From a virus (Duplodnaviria > Caudoviricetes): 64,000 bases of DNA. Every line of letters starts with the position of its first letter. Within the stretch, counting starts at the first letter, position 1. Positions 53,602 through 62,136 of the stretch are shown here, one piece after another. A program made the position numbers and the translations under genes. The notes under the pieces were generated by a model. That model was not told the DNA's origin. It ran no database searches and was given only the letters and a program-made list of their open reading frames with translations. Location: IMG/VR virus record IMGVR_UViG_3300005615_000002, positions 4,159 through 68,158 of that record. One strand, written 5' to 3'.

Positions 53602-55092
53602 ATGTGCGGAATTTATGGATTTCAAGTTGCACCAGACGCGGAGTTGTCCCTTTATGAATCAACGGTCATAACTCACCATTTGGCACGTGAAATGGAAACT
53701 AGAGGTAGAGACTCCTTTGGAAGTGTAATATTTCCCGAAGGGTTGGTTTATAAAGGGTTGGGAAGGGTTACAGAATGCGGAGTTAAGTTGCTTAAAGCCG
53801 CGTCAGAATCTAGATGTTTTTTGGCGCACACACGTGCAGCTACGGTAGGTGATGTTGTTGTTGAGAACTGTCACCCATTCAATATCGGTAACGTAATCGG
53901 TGTGCATAATGGCAGTGTTTACAACTATCGTACGTTAAATGAGAAGTACAAACGTCCATGTATGGTAGACTCTGAGCATGTTTTCTACCATATTAACGAA
54001 AGGTTGGACCTGTCTGAAATAGAAGGATATGGTACTTTCTTTTGGAAACTAAAGAGTGAGAAAAACTCTAAAATCTATCTTGCAAAAACAGTTAGTGGAA
54101 GTATTACCATAGCTAGACTTTATCGTGGAGATCCTAAAGACGGGGACAACAAAGCTATTGGAGTGATTTGGGCATCAGAATACTTGCCGGTCAGACATGC
54201 CGCTGGAATTTTGGGATTAGAATATGAGAGTATTACTATAGATCCAGCTAAGGTATATTTTATCCAAGACGGTGAAGTTTATAAAACAAACGAGACTTTT
54301 GATGTAAAATCGTCTACTTTTAATAATAGTAATAGTGGCAGCTATGGCAAATATGTTGGTTATAGTAAAAATACAGATGATGAAGATGACGACGATGCTT
54401 ACATCAAGGCTTGGTTAGCTGAAGATAAAAAGAAGAAAGAAGCTGATTTACGTGATGACATCCTTATCTCTCCCTCTAGTGATGTACTTACCAGAGGGTT
54501 AATTTCCTTACTTGGTAATAAAAACTTCTCTAAAAAAGAACGTAAGGCTATTAAGCGTAAGCTTGCCTACTTTAAGAGTAAAAATAAGACTAAAATCACA
54601 GAACCGAGCATACATCAACTCCATAATGGTGTAGGATTTATGCGACATTACGCTCCAAATCTTGTCAGTAAAGAGGTTGAAACAATATTTCATTGCCCGG
54701 AGTGTCAGTGTGACTTGGCACAGCATCTTTGGGGTTGGTGTATAAATGATATTAGAGTAGGATGTAAGGCTAAGGTTGGGAATGGTTGCAATGATAATAG
54801 AGAAATGTTGAGGATTTGCCAAGACTGCGGACATTATTTGATACAGGGAGTGCATAATGTAGATACTAAGTATGAAATTGTACATTGTGCCGTATGTAAT
54901 GATTATTGTGTTCCTGAATCTCAGATTGTTAAATGTTTCCAAGACGGTGATGATGAAATAAGTGAAGGAGCTACTAATTCAACCAATCTAGAGGATGAAA
55001 CAAAAACTAAACTCTACTTAGTACCACCACAGGAGAATGATATAGATACACAGAATTCTCCAGACGACACGGAACTACTTATTAGTGAATGA
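53602..55092 (+). CDS. Class II glutamine amidotransferase with C-terminal Cys-rich extension
   Basis: N-terminal MCGI, RGRDSFG, AHTRAAT, HPF, HNGSV, VDSE. Confidence 0.9.
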   Translation: MCGIYGFQVAPDAELSLYESTVITHHLAREMETRGRDSFGSVIFPEGLVYKGLGRVTECGVKLLKAASESRCFLAHTRAATVGDVVVENCHPFNIGNVIGVHNGSVYNYRTLNEKYKRPCMVDSEHVFYHINERLDLSEIEGYGTFFWKLKSEKNSKIYLAKTVSGSITIARLYRGDPKDGDNKAIGVIWASEYLPVRHAAGILGLEYESITIDPAKVYFIQDGEVYKTNETFDVKSSTFNNSNSGSYGKYVGYSKNTDDEDDDDAYIKAWLAEDKKKKEADLRDDILISPSSDVLTRGLISLLGNKNFSKKERKAIKRKLAYFKSKNKTKITEPSIHQLHNGVGFMRHYAPNLVSKEVETIFHCPECQCDLAQHLWGWCINDIRVGCKAKVGNGCNDNREMLRICQDCGHYLIQGVHNVDTKYEIVHCAVCNDYCVPESQIVKCFQDGDDEISEGATNSTNLEDETKTKLYLVPPQENDIDTQNSPDDTELLISE

Positions 55093-55585
55093 TCAACTTG
55101 AGTTATCTTCAAACGCTACTAATCTAAAAATAGATGAAGAATGGTTTGTGCAGGGACGAATAATCCCGCCATCTTGTACCAAAGGTGAAGGGTGTTTATT
55201 ACATCTGCAAGCGCAAAGAAAAGGGTGGGAGACAGGCCATTTCCATACAGGACGTAGTAACATACCACCAGAAATGGGGGTAGAGCTAGTTACATCCTTA
55301 CTTATACCTATTCAAGACATGTTGATTTGTTCTAGTATGGATGCAGAGGAACAGGAGCATCAGATTGAATACTTAAGTATGGTTAAACTAGTTCAACCTA
55401 CTGATACTATAGGTTTTATGACAACAAATGGTTTGATTTACTTAATACAAATTCAAGGATTAAATAGCATGTTTGGTATATCTGAGAAATGTAAATACTG
55501 CCTTAATACAATATCTCCCACAATAGGTTTTGATGGTAATCTAGACAGTCTAATGCTGGTAAATGAAGATGAACGAAGCCATTAA
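55085..55585 (+). CDS. Hypothetical protein
   Basis: 166 aa, GTG start overlapping the GATase stop. Confidence 0.65.
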   Translation: MNDQLELSSNATNLKIDEEWFVQGRIIPPSCTKGEGCLLHLQAQRKGWETGHFHTGRSNIPPEMGVELVTSLLIPIQDMLICSSMDAEEQEHQIEYLSMVKLVQPTDTIGFMTTNGLIYLIQIQGLNSMFGISEKCKYCLNTISPTIGFDGNLDSLMLVNEDERSH

Positions 55586-55749
55586 TACAGAGATAGAATT
55601 CCCTCTAAAAAAGAAACATATAACCAGAACTCGGGCAGCAAAGCATACATACAGGACACGTACAGGACCGAATTGTTGTACAGCAAACTGTCCAGCAAAA
55701 GGCCCAGAAAAGAAGTATCCATATTACAACAATAGAACGAGAAAACGAG

Positions 55750-56043
55750 TTATTGGATAACTTTTTTGTTAGCTTCTCGTTCTCTACACTTATTAAAATA
55801 TTCTACTAGACTTGGATCTTGTGATTCTAGAGACTCGAAATACTCAGCTAATACAGAAGAAATGACACGTGGCACGCTCCAATATTCTGGTGGTGTGCTA
55901 CCATCAAAATTCTCTGAGAATGCATCTTGTGTCCAACGATCTGAGATCCAAACGCATTTTTTGTAGAGTTCGGCGGGAAGGCATAAAGAGCGAGTGATAC
56001 TACCTTTTCTAGAAGTACCACGTGGACGGCCTAATTTTGGCAT
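55750..56043 (-). CDS. Putative DNA-binding regulator (GRPR motif plus RHH-like strand-helix)
   Basis: MPKLGRPRG..TRSLCLPAELY; the only credible - strand gene in the right arm. Confidence 0.5.
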   Translation of the reverse strand: MPKLGRPRGTSRKGSITRSLCLPAELYKKCVWISDRWTQDAFSENFDGSTPPEYWSVPRVISSVLAEYFESLESQDPSLVEYFNKCREREANKKVIQ

Positions 56044-56137
56044 GAACTAATTAACCCTTTCTTAAGCTTGGTTTTGTATAAAAATAATAGCATACATGAC
56101 AGGTTAATTGCAAATATAACCAAAAAGGCCAAAAAGT

Positions 56138-56289
56138 TAAGTTGTTTATTATCAACAAGTTCTTACCTCATAGTATATTAGTACTAATATCGATAAGTAC
56201 TTAGTGTATTGTAGAGTTCGTACGTAGTACTTACCGACATTTATACTAATATACTAACATGTGGGAAACTATTGAAAACAAAGGGACTT
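56138..56289. repeat. Cluster of palindromes and inverted repeats (candidate origin/operator)
   Basis: 16-bp palindrome 56175-56190; taagtactta 56194-56203; 13-bp IR 56171-56183/56244-56256; flanking imperfect inverted motifs 56138-56161 and 56267-56289. Confidence 0.6.
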
Positions 56290-56496
56290 TAATTTTAAAC
56301 ATTTTCAATACTTTTTAAATTAATATGTCTTAGACGATAACATGCTGAAAAGATTGAGGTTAGCTAAATTAACAGGAAATTTGATAGAAAGGCTACTATA
56401 TTATGCTCCGCCCTTCTCAGATTACATCTGTTATAACAAGCATTTTGAAACTTATATTCCAGCAACCCAAAAATAATTTTTAATAGGTAGGTTGAA

Positions 56497-56664
56497 ATGT
56501 GGTGTGTAAAATGTGATCATGACGTGGTAGAATGTGACTGTCCAGACATTGAGCAACGTCTCAGGTCTTTGTATGAAACTGATATGGGACTAGCTGCTGC
56601 ACAGAATATACAGGCACGTAAGGCTTTATGGGATAGTGAAACTCTAGAAAAGGACGCATCATGA
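56497..56664 (+). CDS. Small Cys-rich protein (55 aa, not in ORF track)
   Basis: MWCVKCDHDVVECDCPD...; ATGA coupling to the next ORF. Confidence 0.6.
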   Translation: MWCVKCDHDVVECDCPDIEQRLRSLYETDMGLAAAQNIQARKALWDSETLEKDAS

Positions 56665-56882
56665 GTAAAAGTATAGGAATAAGACCTATAACTAGACCAT
56701 TAGAAAGAGGAATAACTAGGTGTATATTTTGTGCTACCCCTGTGACAGTTGGGTATTCTAAGCCTAACGGGTCAGATAGAGAATGTAGCGATTTAAAGGC
56801 TTGTCGCGAACGTATTTTAGATAGCGTAATTAATATTGAGCAGAATTTGCGTGCTCTGAAGAGTAGGTATGAGTATGAGTAA
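56661..56882 (+). CDS. Small Zn-finger-like protein
   Basis: CIFC...C..L.AC pattern. Confidence 0.55.
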   Translation: MSKSIGIRPITRPLERGITRCIFCATPVTVGYSKPNGSDRECSDLKACRERILDSVINIEQNLRALKSRYEYE

Positions 56883-57072
56883 GGGAACTGATTTAGCTCC
56901 TCCCGGCATGGTTTACAAATGCATGAGTTGCGGTAAAAAGAGCAAAACAAAATATGGCTTTTTAGTAGACGGTTCAAATAAACTACCGGACGGCACAAAA
57001 GTTGCTGATTCGGGTTATGATGAAAGTTGTATGTTGAATAGCGAGTTAGTCAGTGAAAGCGAACAGATGTGA
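56875..57072 (+). CDS. Small hypothetical protein
   Basis: YKCMSCG motif; overlapping starts and stops. Confidence 0.55.
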   Translation: MSKGTDLAPPGMVYKCMSCGKKSKTKYGFLVDGSNKLPDGTKVADSGYDESCMLNSELVSESEQM

Positions 57073-57235
57073 ATGTCAACCCTGTATTGCTCAGGAATTA
57101 ATACCAATTCTACGTTGTTCTGAGTGTCCTCATCAATTTTATGAACATCAACCAGAGAAACTAGAATATACTAAGCAAGTACTTAGTCCATGTAGTAAAT
57201 GTAGATGTGGCAATTTTGTATTTAAAATAATGTAA
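57053..57235 (+). CDS. Small Cys-rich protein
   Basis: CECQPC, CSECPH, CSKCRC. Confidence 0.5.
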   Translation: MKANRCECQPCIAQELIPILRCSECPHQFYEHQPEKLEYTKQVLSPCSKCRCGNFVFKIM

Positions 57236-57246
57236 AGGATATTTAT

Positions 57247-57411
57247 ATGACAGCTTTTATTCCAGTATTTATGGTAATCATCGGGGTGCTAGTTTATGCA
57301 CTAAGCAATAATGCCAAGGTGCAAGAAATTGGGCGAATCGTGTTAGCTGCAGGTTTATTTTCTATTGCATTTGCTTATGCTACAAGGTTAGTTACTTTTT
57401 TAGGTAAATAA
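57247..57411 (+). CDS. Small 2-TM membrane protein (54 aa, not in ORF track)
   Basis: MTAFIPVFMVIIGVLVYALSNNAKVQEIGRIVLAAGLFSIAFAY...; AAGGA RBS. Confidence 0.65.
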   Translation: MTAFIPVFMVIIGVLVYALSNNAKVQEIGRIVLAAGLFSIAFAYATRLVTFLGK

Positions 57412-57414
57412 AAC

Positions 57415-57948
57415 TTGCGCCCTAAACTATACGCAGTACAAGATGAGGAGACTTCTAGTTACTATGAAGAGTCTCCGTCATTCTCTGACCGGCACTACTC
57501 TATACCGGCGTCTAATGAGCTAGGACAGTCTTGGCCTATTGGAGCATCTATAATGTTGGATGAAAACCGGATAATAGAGGAAATAATTCAATCCGGTAAG
57601 ATCAAACAGTGGAGGGTAAAGGCGGATTTTATTAGATGGGCAGTCCACGAAGGACTTAAACAGCTAAGAAAAGAGTTACCATTTATATCGTCCGATCTTG
57701 GCCGTGTTGAGGCTTTAGTAGAATACCTATCACATGAAGAACGCCGCGCACAGTTTGTTAAATTTTTTGATAAAGTAGATAGAGCTATCCAAGGATGGTT
57801 AGACGTTCAGGCGCACGACGAAGCTAAAAGGCTTATTACTAACATTTCAGAGCGTGTTAGATCCGAGTTTAACCATCCCGAGGATGAATGGATAAGACAA
57901 GAAGTAGAAAAGCGTTTATCTAAATACATAGGACTATATGAAGTATAA
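57415..57948 (+). CDS. Putative RHH/CopG-like regulator
   Basis: WRVKADFIRWAVHEGL helix motif; TTG start. Confidence 0.5.
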   Translation: MRPKLYAVQDEETSSYYEESPSFSDRHYSIPASNELGQSWPIGASIMLDENRIIEEIIQSGKIKQWRVKADFIRWAVHEGLKQLRKELPFISSDLGRVEALVEYLSHEERRAQFVKFFDKVDRAIQGWLDVQAHDEAKRLITNISERVRSEFNHPEDEWIRQEVEKRLSKYIGLYEV

Positions 57949-57972
57949 AACACAGCAATAAGAAAGGCGTTA

Positions 57973-58176
57973 ATCACGTCTAAAATAATAACCTATAAAT
58001 GTGATTGTTGTGGTAATGAATCTGAATTAAATGAATTAGAAGCTGTACAATGTTTCATTTTCAGTTCTGATTTCTCGGAACCAAATACAATTGATTACTC
58101 TCAAGTCTGTCTTAGTTGTAGAGAGGAATTAAAAAAAATTCTTAATACTTGGATTAAAGACAAGGTGGTAAATTGA
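57973..58176 (+). CDS. Zn-finger protein with apparent non-canonical ATC start (not in ORF track)
   Basis: AAGAAAGG SD 5 nt before ATC; YKCDCCG...VCLSC; TTGA coupling to the next gene. Confidence 0.55.
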   Translation: MTSKIITYKCDCCGNESELNELEAVQCFIFSSDFSEPNTIDYSQVCLSCREELKKILNTWIKDKVVN

Positions 58177-58394
58177 AAGTTTATGTATTACAATTTCATG
58201 ATTACGAAGGTTCATTTTTTAACTCTGTATGGAGTAGGCCAGAATTAGCAGAGGCTGAAAAGGCTAGATTAAACAACCTTAACAAGTCTTCTCCTTTTTC
58301 TATTGACTATAAACCTTCTTATGACTATGAAGAAATAGAGGTTGACATACCAGCTGAAGAAATAGAGGTTGACATACCAGCTTATGAATTGTAA
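58173..58394 (+). CDS. Small hypothetical protein
   Basis: MKVYVL..D.EG pattern; contains an internal duplication. Confidence 0.65.
   Translation: MKVYVLQFHDYEGSFFNSVWSRPELAEAEKARLNNLNKSSPFSIDYKPSYDYEEIEVDIPAEEIEVDIPAYEL
58328..58382. repeat. 27-bp exact tandem duplication (EEIEVDIPA x2)
   Basis: gaagaaatagaggttgacataccagct occurs twice in tandem. Confidence 0.95.
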
Positions 58395-58647
58395 AGTAAT
58401 AGAAAAATATCCACTTCCTAAACTTCCACCAAACAAGATATTACAAATGGATTTATCGCTGGAAGAATCAGCTGCTTTATATCTTGTTTTATTTGCATTC
58501 TTAGCACTCAAAGACCCTGAAACTAGTCTATATATAACAGTAGAGAATTTAAAAAACCACAGTGTATTCAAAAAAACTATAATAGATATTTTTGGCCCAG
58601 CTACTACTGTACAAAATATAAAAAGATACTTTGAGGACTTACGCTGA
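58384..58647 (+). CDS. Hypothetical protein
   Basis: ATG 58384; 87 aa. Confidence 0.6.
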   Translation: MNCKVIEKYPLPKLPPNKILQMDLSLEESAALYLVLFAFLALKDPETSLYITVENLKNHSVFKKTIIDIFGPATTVQNIKRYFEDLR

Positions 58648-60236
58648 GTAAATTTCCTCCACCTGAGTGTTATGGCCTTCCCAGCTTCTTTAAGGACTGG
58701 CGGGAGGGCCAGATGGAGGCGGTTCAGAACTCCAAAGCATCTACTAAACGAGTAGTAGGGCAAGCCGCGCCAACCGGGGTAGGAAAGAGTCTTATACTAA
58801 TGGCCGAGGCTAGTATGTCTGCGGGCCGCAATTTAATTTTGACGTCTAACAAGTCTTTACAAGACCAATATGCAGCACAATTTAGAGAAACCATTACAGA
58901 TTTACGCGGTCAGCAAAATTACCTATGTCTCGCCTTACAACCAGGGGGAGAACACTATGCTCCTTATATACCTGTTGGAGCTACAGTTGATGAAGGTCCT
59001 TGCCACTATGGCCAAGGATGCTCGCTCTTGCTAGGCGGTTGTACTTATTATGACAAAATACGGCAAGCGAAAGTAGCTCACACTGTAGTTACAAACTATG
59101 ATTTATCACTCTCTGTTAATAAATATTCTGACGGGTTAGGGTTATTTAATTTTGTAGCATGTGATGAAGCGCATGAGATACCTGAAAAGCTGGCTAGTAT
59201 CATGGCGGCAGAAATCACAGAATGGGAGGCTAAAACATTATTACATCAAGAATTATTCCCGTCTACCGATCCATTGTATTGGGCGGGTTGGGCAAGTAAA
59301 GCAAAATTAGGTGTTACTAGAAGCTTGGAGGCTATCAAAGAAGGATCAAGTATAGATACTCCAGAAGCTAAATATAGGTTTAAATCTCTGGTTAAATTAA
59401 ACCGCACACTAGATCAAATGTCTGTCGCAGAAAAAGACTGGATTGTAGAATTAAGTAGTAATAAGGTACGTATAGAGCCTTTATGGCCACATAGATTTGT
59501 AGAATCATATTTATTCAATGGTGCAAAAAAGATAGTCTTTTCTTCAGCAACAATACGACCTAAGCTATTTGGGTTTTTAGGTATAGATGACTATGACTTT
59601 TTTGAGTATCCATCACCTTTTCCAGTCAATCAACGTCCAGTCTGGTATGTTCCAACAGCTTGGATGCGCTATGATATGGACAATTTTGATAAGTTGCGTA
59701 TTGTCAGAGCGGTAGACCAGATAATAGCCAGACGTCTAGACCGTAAAATCATAATTCCAACTACCAGCTTCGCCTTACAAAAGTTCCTAGAAGGACATTC
59801 TAGATTTAGTCAATACATGCATACTAATTCTAGAACAGCAGGCGGGCGTTCTAACACTCAGTCTACTCTAGAACAGTTCAAGAATGCTACTGCTCCCGCC
59901 ATATTAGTATCTCCGTCTATTTCTACCGGGGTTGACTTTCCTGATGATCAATGCGAAACTATAATCATCATCAAAGTCCCATTTCCTGATATATCATCGT
60001 GCGTCTATAAGGCACGTAGTTCTGCCGACAGCGAATATGGTCCTTATATTGCGGCACAAACTATCGTGCAAATGGCAGGTAGAGGGATGAGGAGCGAGAA
60101 TGATAGATGTGAGGTAATCATATTAGATCAAGCATTTGGATCATTGAAATCAAAATACTCATATCTTTTTCCCCAATGGTTCTTGACGGCTGTTCGGAAA
60201 AGCGATATACTACCAGCTCCACTACTAAAGTTATGA
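58644..60236 (+). CDS. DinG/Rad3-family SF2 helicase (probable CTG start)
   Basis: APTGVGKS, CDEAH, SATI, TGVDFP, QMAGRGMR..DRC..IILD. The Q-motif-like FKDWREGQ lies upstream of the ATG at 58713. Confidence 0.85.
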   Translation: MSKFPPPECYGLPSFFKDWREGQMEAVQNSKASTKRVVGQAAPTGVGKSLILMAEASMSAGRNLILTSNKSLQDQYAAQFRETITDLRGQQNYLCLALQPGGEHYAPYIPVGATVDEGPCHYGQGCSLLLGGCTYYDKIRQAKVAHTVVTNYDLSLSVNKYSDGLGLFNFVACDEAHEIPEKLASIMAAEITEWEAKTLLHQELFPSTDPLYWAGWASKAKLGVTRSLEAIKEGSSIDTPEAKYRFKSLVKLNRTLDQMSVAEKDWIVELSSNKVRIEPLWPHRFVESYLFNGAKKIVFSSATIRPKLFGFLGIDDYDFFEYPSPFPVNQRPVWYVPTAWMRYDMDNFDKLRIVRAVDQIIARRLDRKIIIPTTSFALQKFLEGHSRFSQYMHTNSRTAGGRSNTQSTLEQFKNATAPAILVSPSISTGVDFPDDQCETIIIIKVPFPDISSCVYKARSSADSEYGPYIAAQTIVQMAGRGMRSENDRCEVIILDQAFGSLKSKYSYLFPQWFLTAVRKSDILPAPLLKL

Positions 60237-60421
60237 AACATAAAAAAGAAATCGATGAGTTTGTTGAATCCATGTACAACAAATGGTGTACAACTCCAGA
60301 AACTTGGACTAATAACGAAGTCCAAAAACTGCTAAGTATTATAGAAGATCAACGAGTACATATTATTGAATTAGAACGGAGGTTAGACCTAGCACGTAGG
60401 AATACTATTGATTGTTGGTAG
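60233..60421 (+). CDS. Small hypothetical protein
   Basis: ATGA coupling to the helicase stop. Confidence 0.6.
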   Translation: MKHKKEIDEFVESMYNKWCTTPETWTNNEVQKLLSIIEDQRVHIIELERRLDLARRNTIDCW

Positions 60422-60471
60422 TGTCGTTGAATTAATGATGTATAAATTAAATCAGAAGGAGAGTTTTAATA

Positions 60472-61314
60472 TTGTCTAGTCATACATTTTCAGAAGGACA
60501 GGAAATCAGCTTTGGTGTAAATGATGGTTCATTTAAGGAGACTGGTTTTCTAGATGGCGCCACAGTAAAGATCGTTGAAGCCCGTTACGGTAAGTCGGCA
60601 GATGTAGATCCTAAGTATCAAGATCCCAAGAACCCAATCCCATCACGAATAGTCGGTAAGTTCATTTTTAACATTCTTAAACAGGATGGTACTACTACAA
60701 CCCTCAAGCCACAGGAGTATTCGACTGGAATACAGTGGGATGGAGAAAAGGCGACTGCTACAGTTACCCCGGATGGAAAGCGCCTGATTGCAAAGAAGGG
60801 TTTTACCGGCTTTAGTAAGGTCACAGATTTTTATCATCTACTTGAAACGGCTGTTAATGCTGGTTTTCCAGAGGATGGTTTCAAGGGTGATCTTAGTGTG
60901 TTTGACGGACTTACTTTTCAGCTTGTATCAGAGCCAAACCCACGGGCTAAAACACTAAAGGATGGCAAGGAGCCCCGTTCTAAACCATTTTTTGCTCTAC
61001 TGATTGGCGGGTCTGATGTGTCTACTCCAGCTCCTAGTGCGTCTGGTTCATCGACAGAGACTGTTTCTAGTATTATTGATCCTGCTGTATTGACTGCTGG
61101 TGTTGAGGCTCTGAAGGCTATTGTAGCTGAAAGTCCTAATAATACTATCTCTCGTCGTGATCTAGCAGCTAAGGTTCCTCCTGTTGCAGAACGTAATAAG
61201 TGGGATCTTAGCACTCGTATAGCTGTTATGAATGCTCTATTTGAACCTAACAAGCTTGGACAGATTGCTACTGAAGCCGGTCTTAAGCTTAATGGTGATG
61301 TAGTTACGGCATAA
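60472..61314 (+). CDS. Hypothetical replication-module protein (possible ssDNA-binding protein)
   Basis: 280 aa; GAAGGAG RBS, TTG start; beta-rich N-terminal part, Ser/Pro linker, helical C-terminal domain. SSB call is positional only. Confidence 0.45.
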   Translation: MSSHTFSEGQEISFGVNDGSFKETGFLDGATVKIVEARYGKSADVDPKYQDPKNPIPSRIVGKFIFNILKQDGTTTTLKPQEYSTGIQWDGEKATATVTPDGKRLIAKKGFTGFSKVTDFYHLLETAVNAGFPEDGFKGDLSVFDGLTFQLVSEPNPRAKTLKDGKEPRSKPFFALLIGGSDVSTPAPSASGSSTETVSSIIDPAVLTAGVEALKAIVAESPNNTISRRDLAAKVPPVAERNKWDLSTRIAVMNALFEPNKLGQIATEAGLKLNGDVVTA

Positions 61315-61319
61315 AGTCT

Positions 61320-61505
61320 ATGACAAAATATAAGTGTAATCAGTGTGGGGCAGAGGATAGTGATCGCTCTGCCTCCCCTTTTCTTGCTCTTATTTGCTGG
61401 AAATGTAGAGCTGGCAGAGATACTAAGAGCCCCATGCAGCAATTAGAAACTAGAGAAGGTATGTTTCAGGTAGATGATGAAGGACGATTTCCCTGGGAAA
61501 GATAA
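61320..61505 (+). CDS. Small Zn-finger protein
   Basis: CNQC...CWKC. Confidence 0.6.
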   Translation: MTKYKCNQCGAEDSDRSASPFLALICWKCRAGRDTKSPMQQLETREGMFQVDDEGRFPWER

Positions 61506-61533
61506 GGATAATTAGTTTTAGTATAATGGCTAA

Positions 61534-62136
61534 ATGCCAGAAATAATTGAAATTCCATTTGATTACTCTACGTTATCTCTTTCAGAAGAAGATGAATTCA
61601 GGACTCGTTCTCCGGGGTTACATTTAACTGACATTACTAAGTCTATGCTCATTGCAGCTAGATTAGCAAAATGGGCGAATGATAAAGATCCTGACCCTAT
61701 CAAGCGCAAGATGCAATTTGAAAAGGGATTTTTATGGGAGCGTATTATTCAGTTATGCCTTAAATCTCAGATGGAGCGAGATATTAAAGCTTCTGATGGA
61801 TTGTTATACCGACCTGGAGAATATACTTATAATGGTGTGATTTGTACACCAGATGCCATTAACGTAGTAGATCGCTGTTTAGAAGAGTGGAAAGCTACAG
61901 CAATCTCTCCCAAAAATTTAAACAAGGATACGTTGTTTTATGAGAAACCAGAGTGGAAATGGGCTGCAGCTTGGCATGTGGAATATTTTGGATTAGATTC
62001 TGTTGTATTCCGCATATGGCATCACAGAGATTTTGATCCAACCATTAAACAGTACAAAGCTACATTTACCCCGGCAGAATTACGAGATAATAAAGAAAAA
62101 TTAATTAACTATGCTAAGGCGACAAACATGCTATGA
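61534..62136 (+). CDS. PD-(D/E)xK exonuclease (Cas4/YqaJ-like)
   Basis: GLHLTDI, FEKGFLWE, CTPDA, EEWKAT. Confidence 0.75.
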   Translation: MPEIIEIPFDYSTLSLSEEDEFRTRSPGLHLTDITKSMLIAARLAKWANDKDPDPIKRKMQFEKGFLWERIIQLCLKSQMERDIKASDGLLYRPGEYTYNGVICTPDAINVVDRCLEEWKATAISPKNLNKDTLFYEKPEWKWAAAWHVEYFGLDSVVFRIWHHRDFDPTIKQYKATFTPAELRDNKEKLINYAKATNML

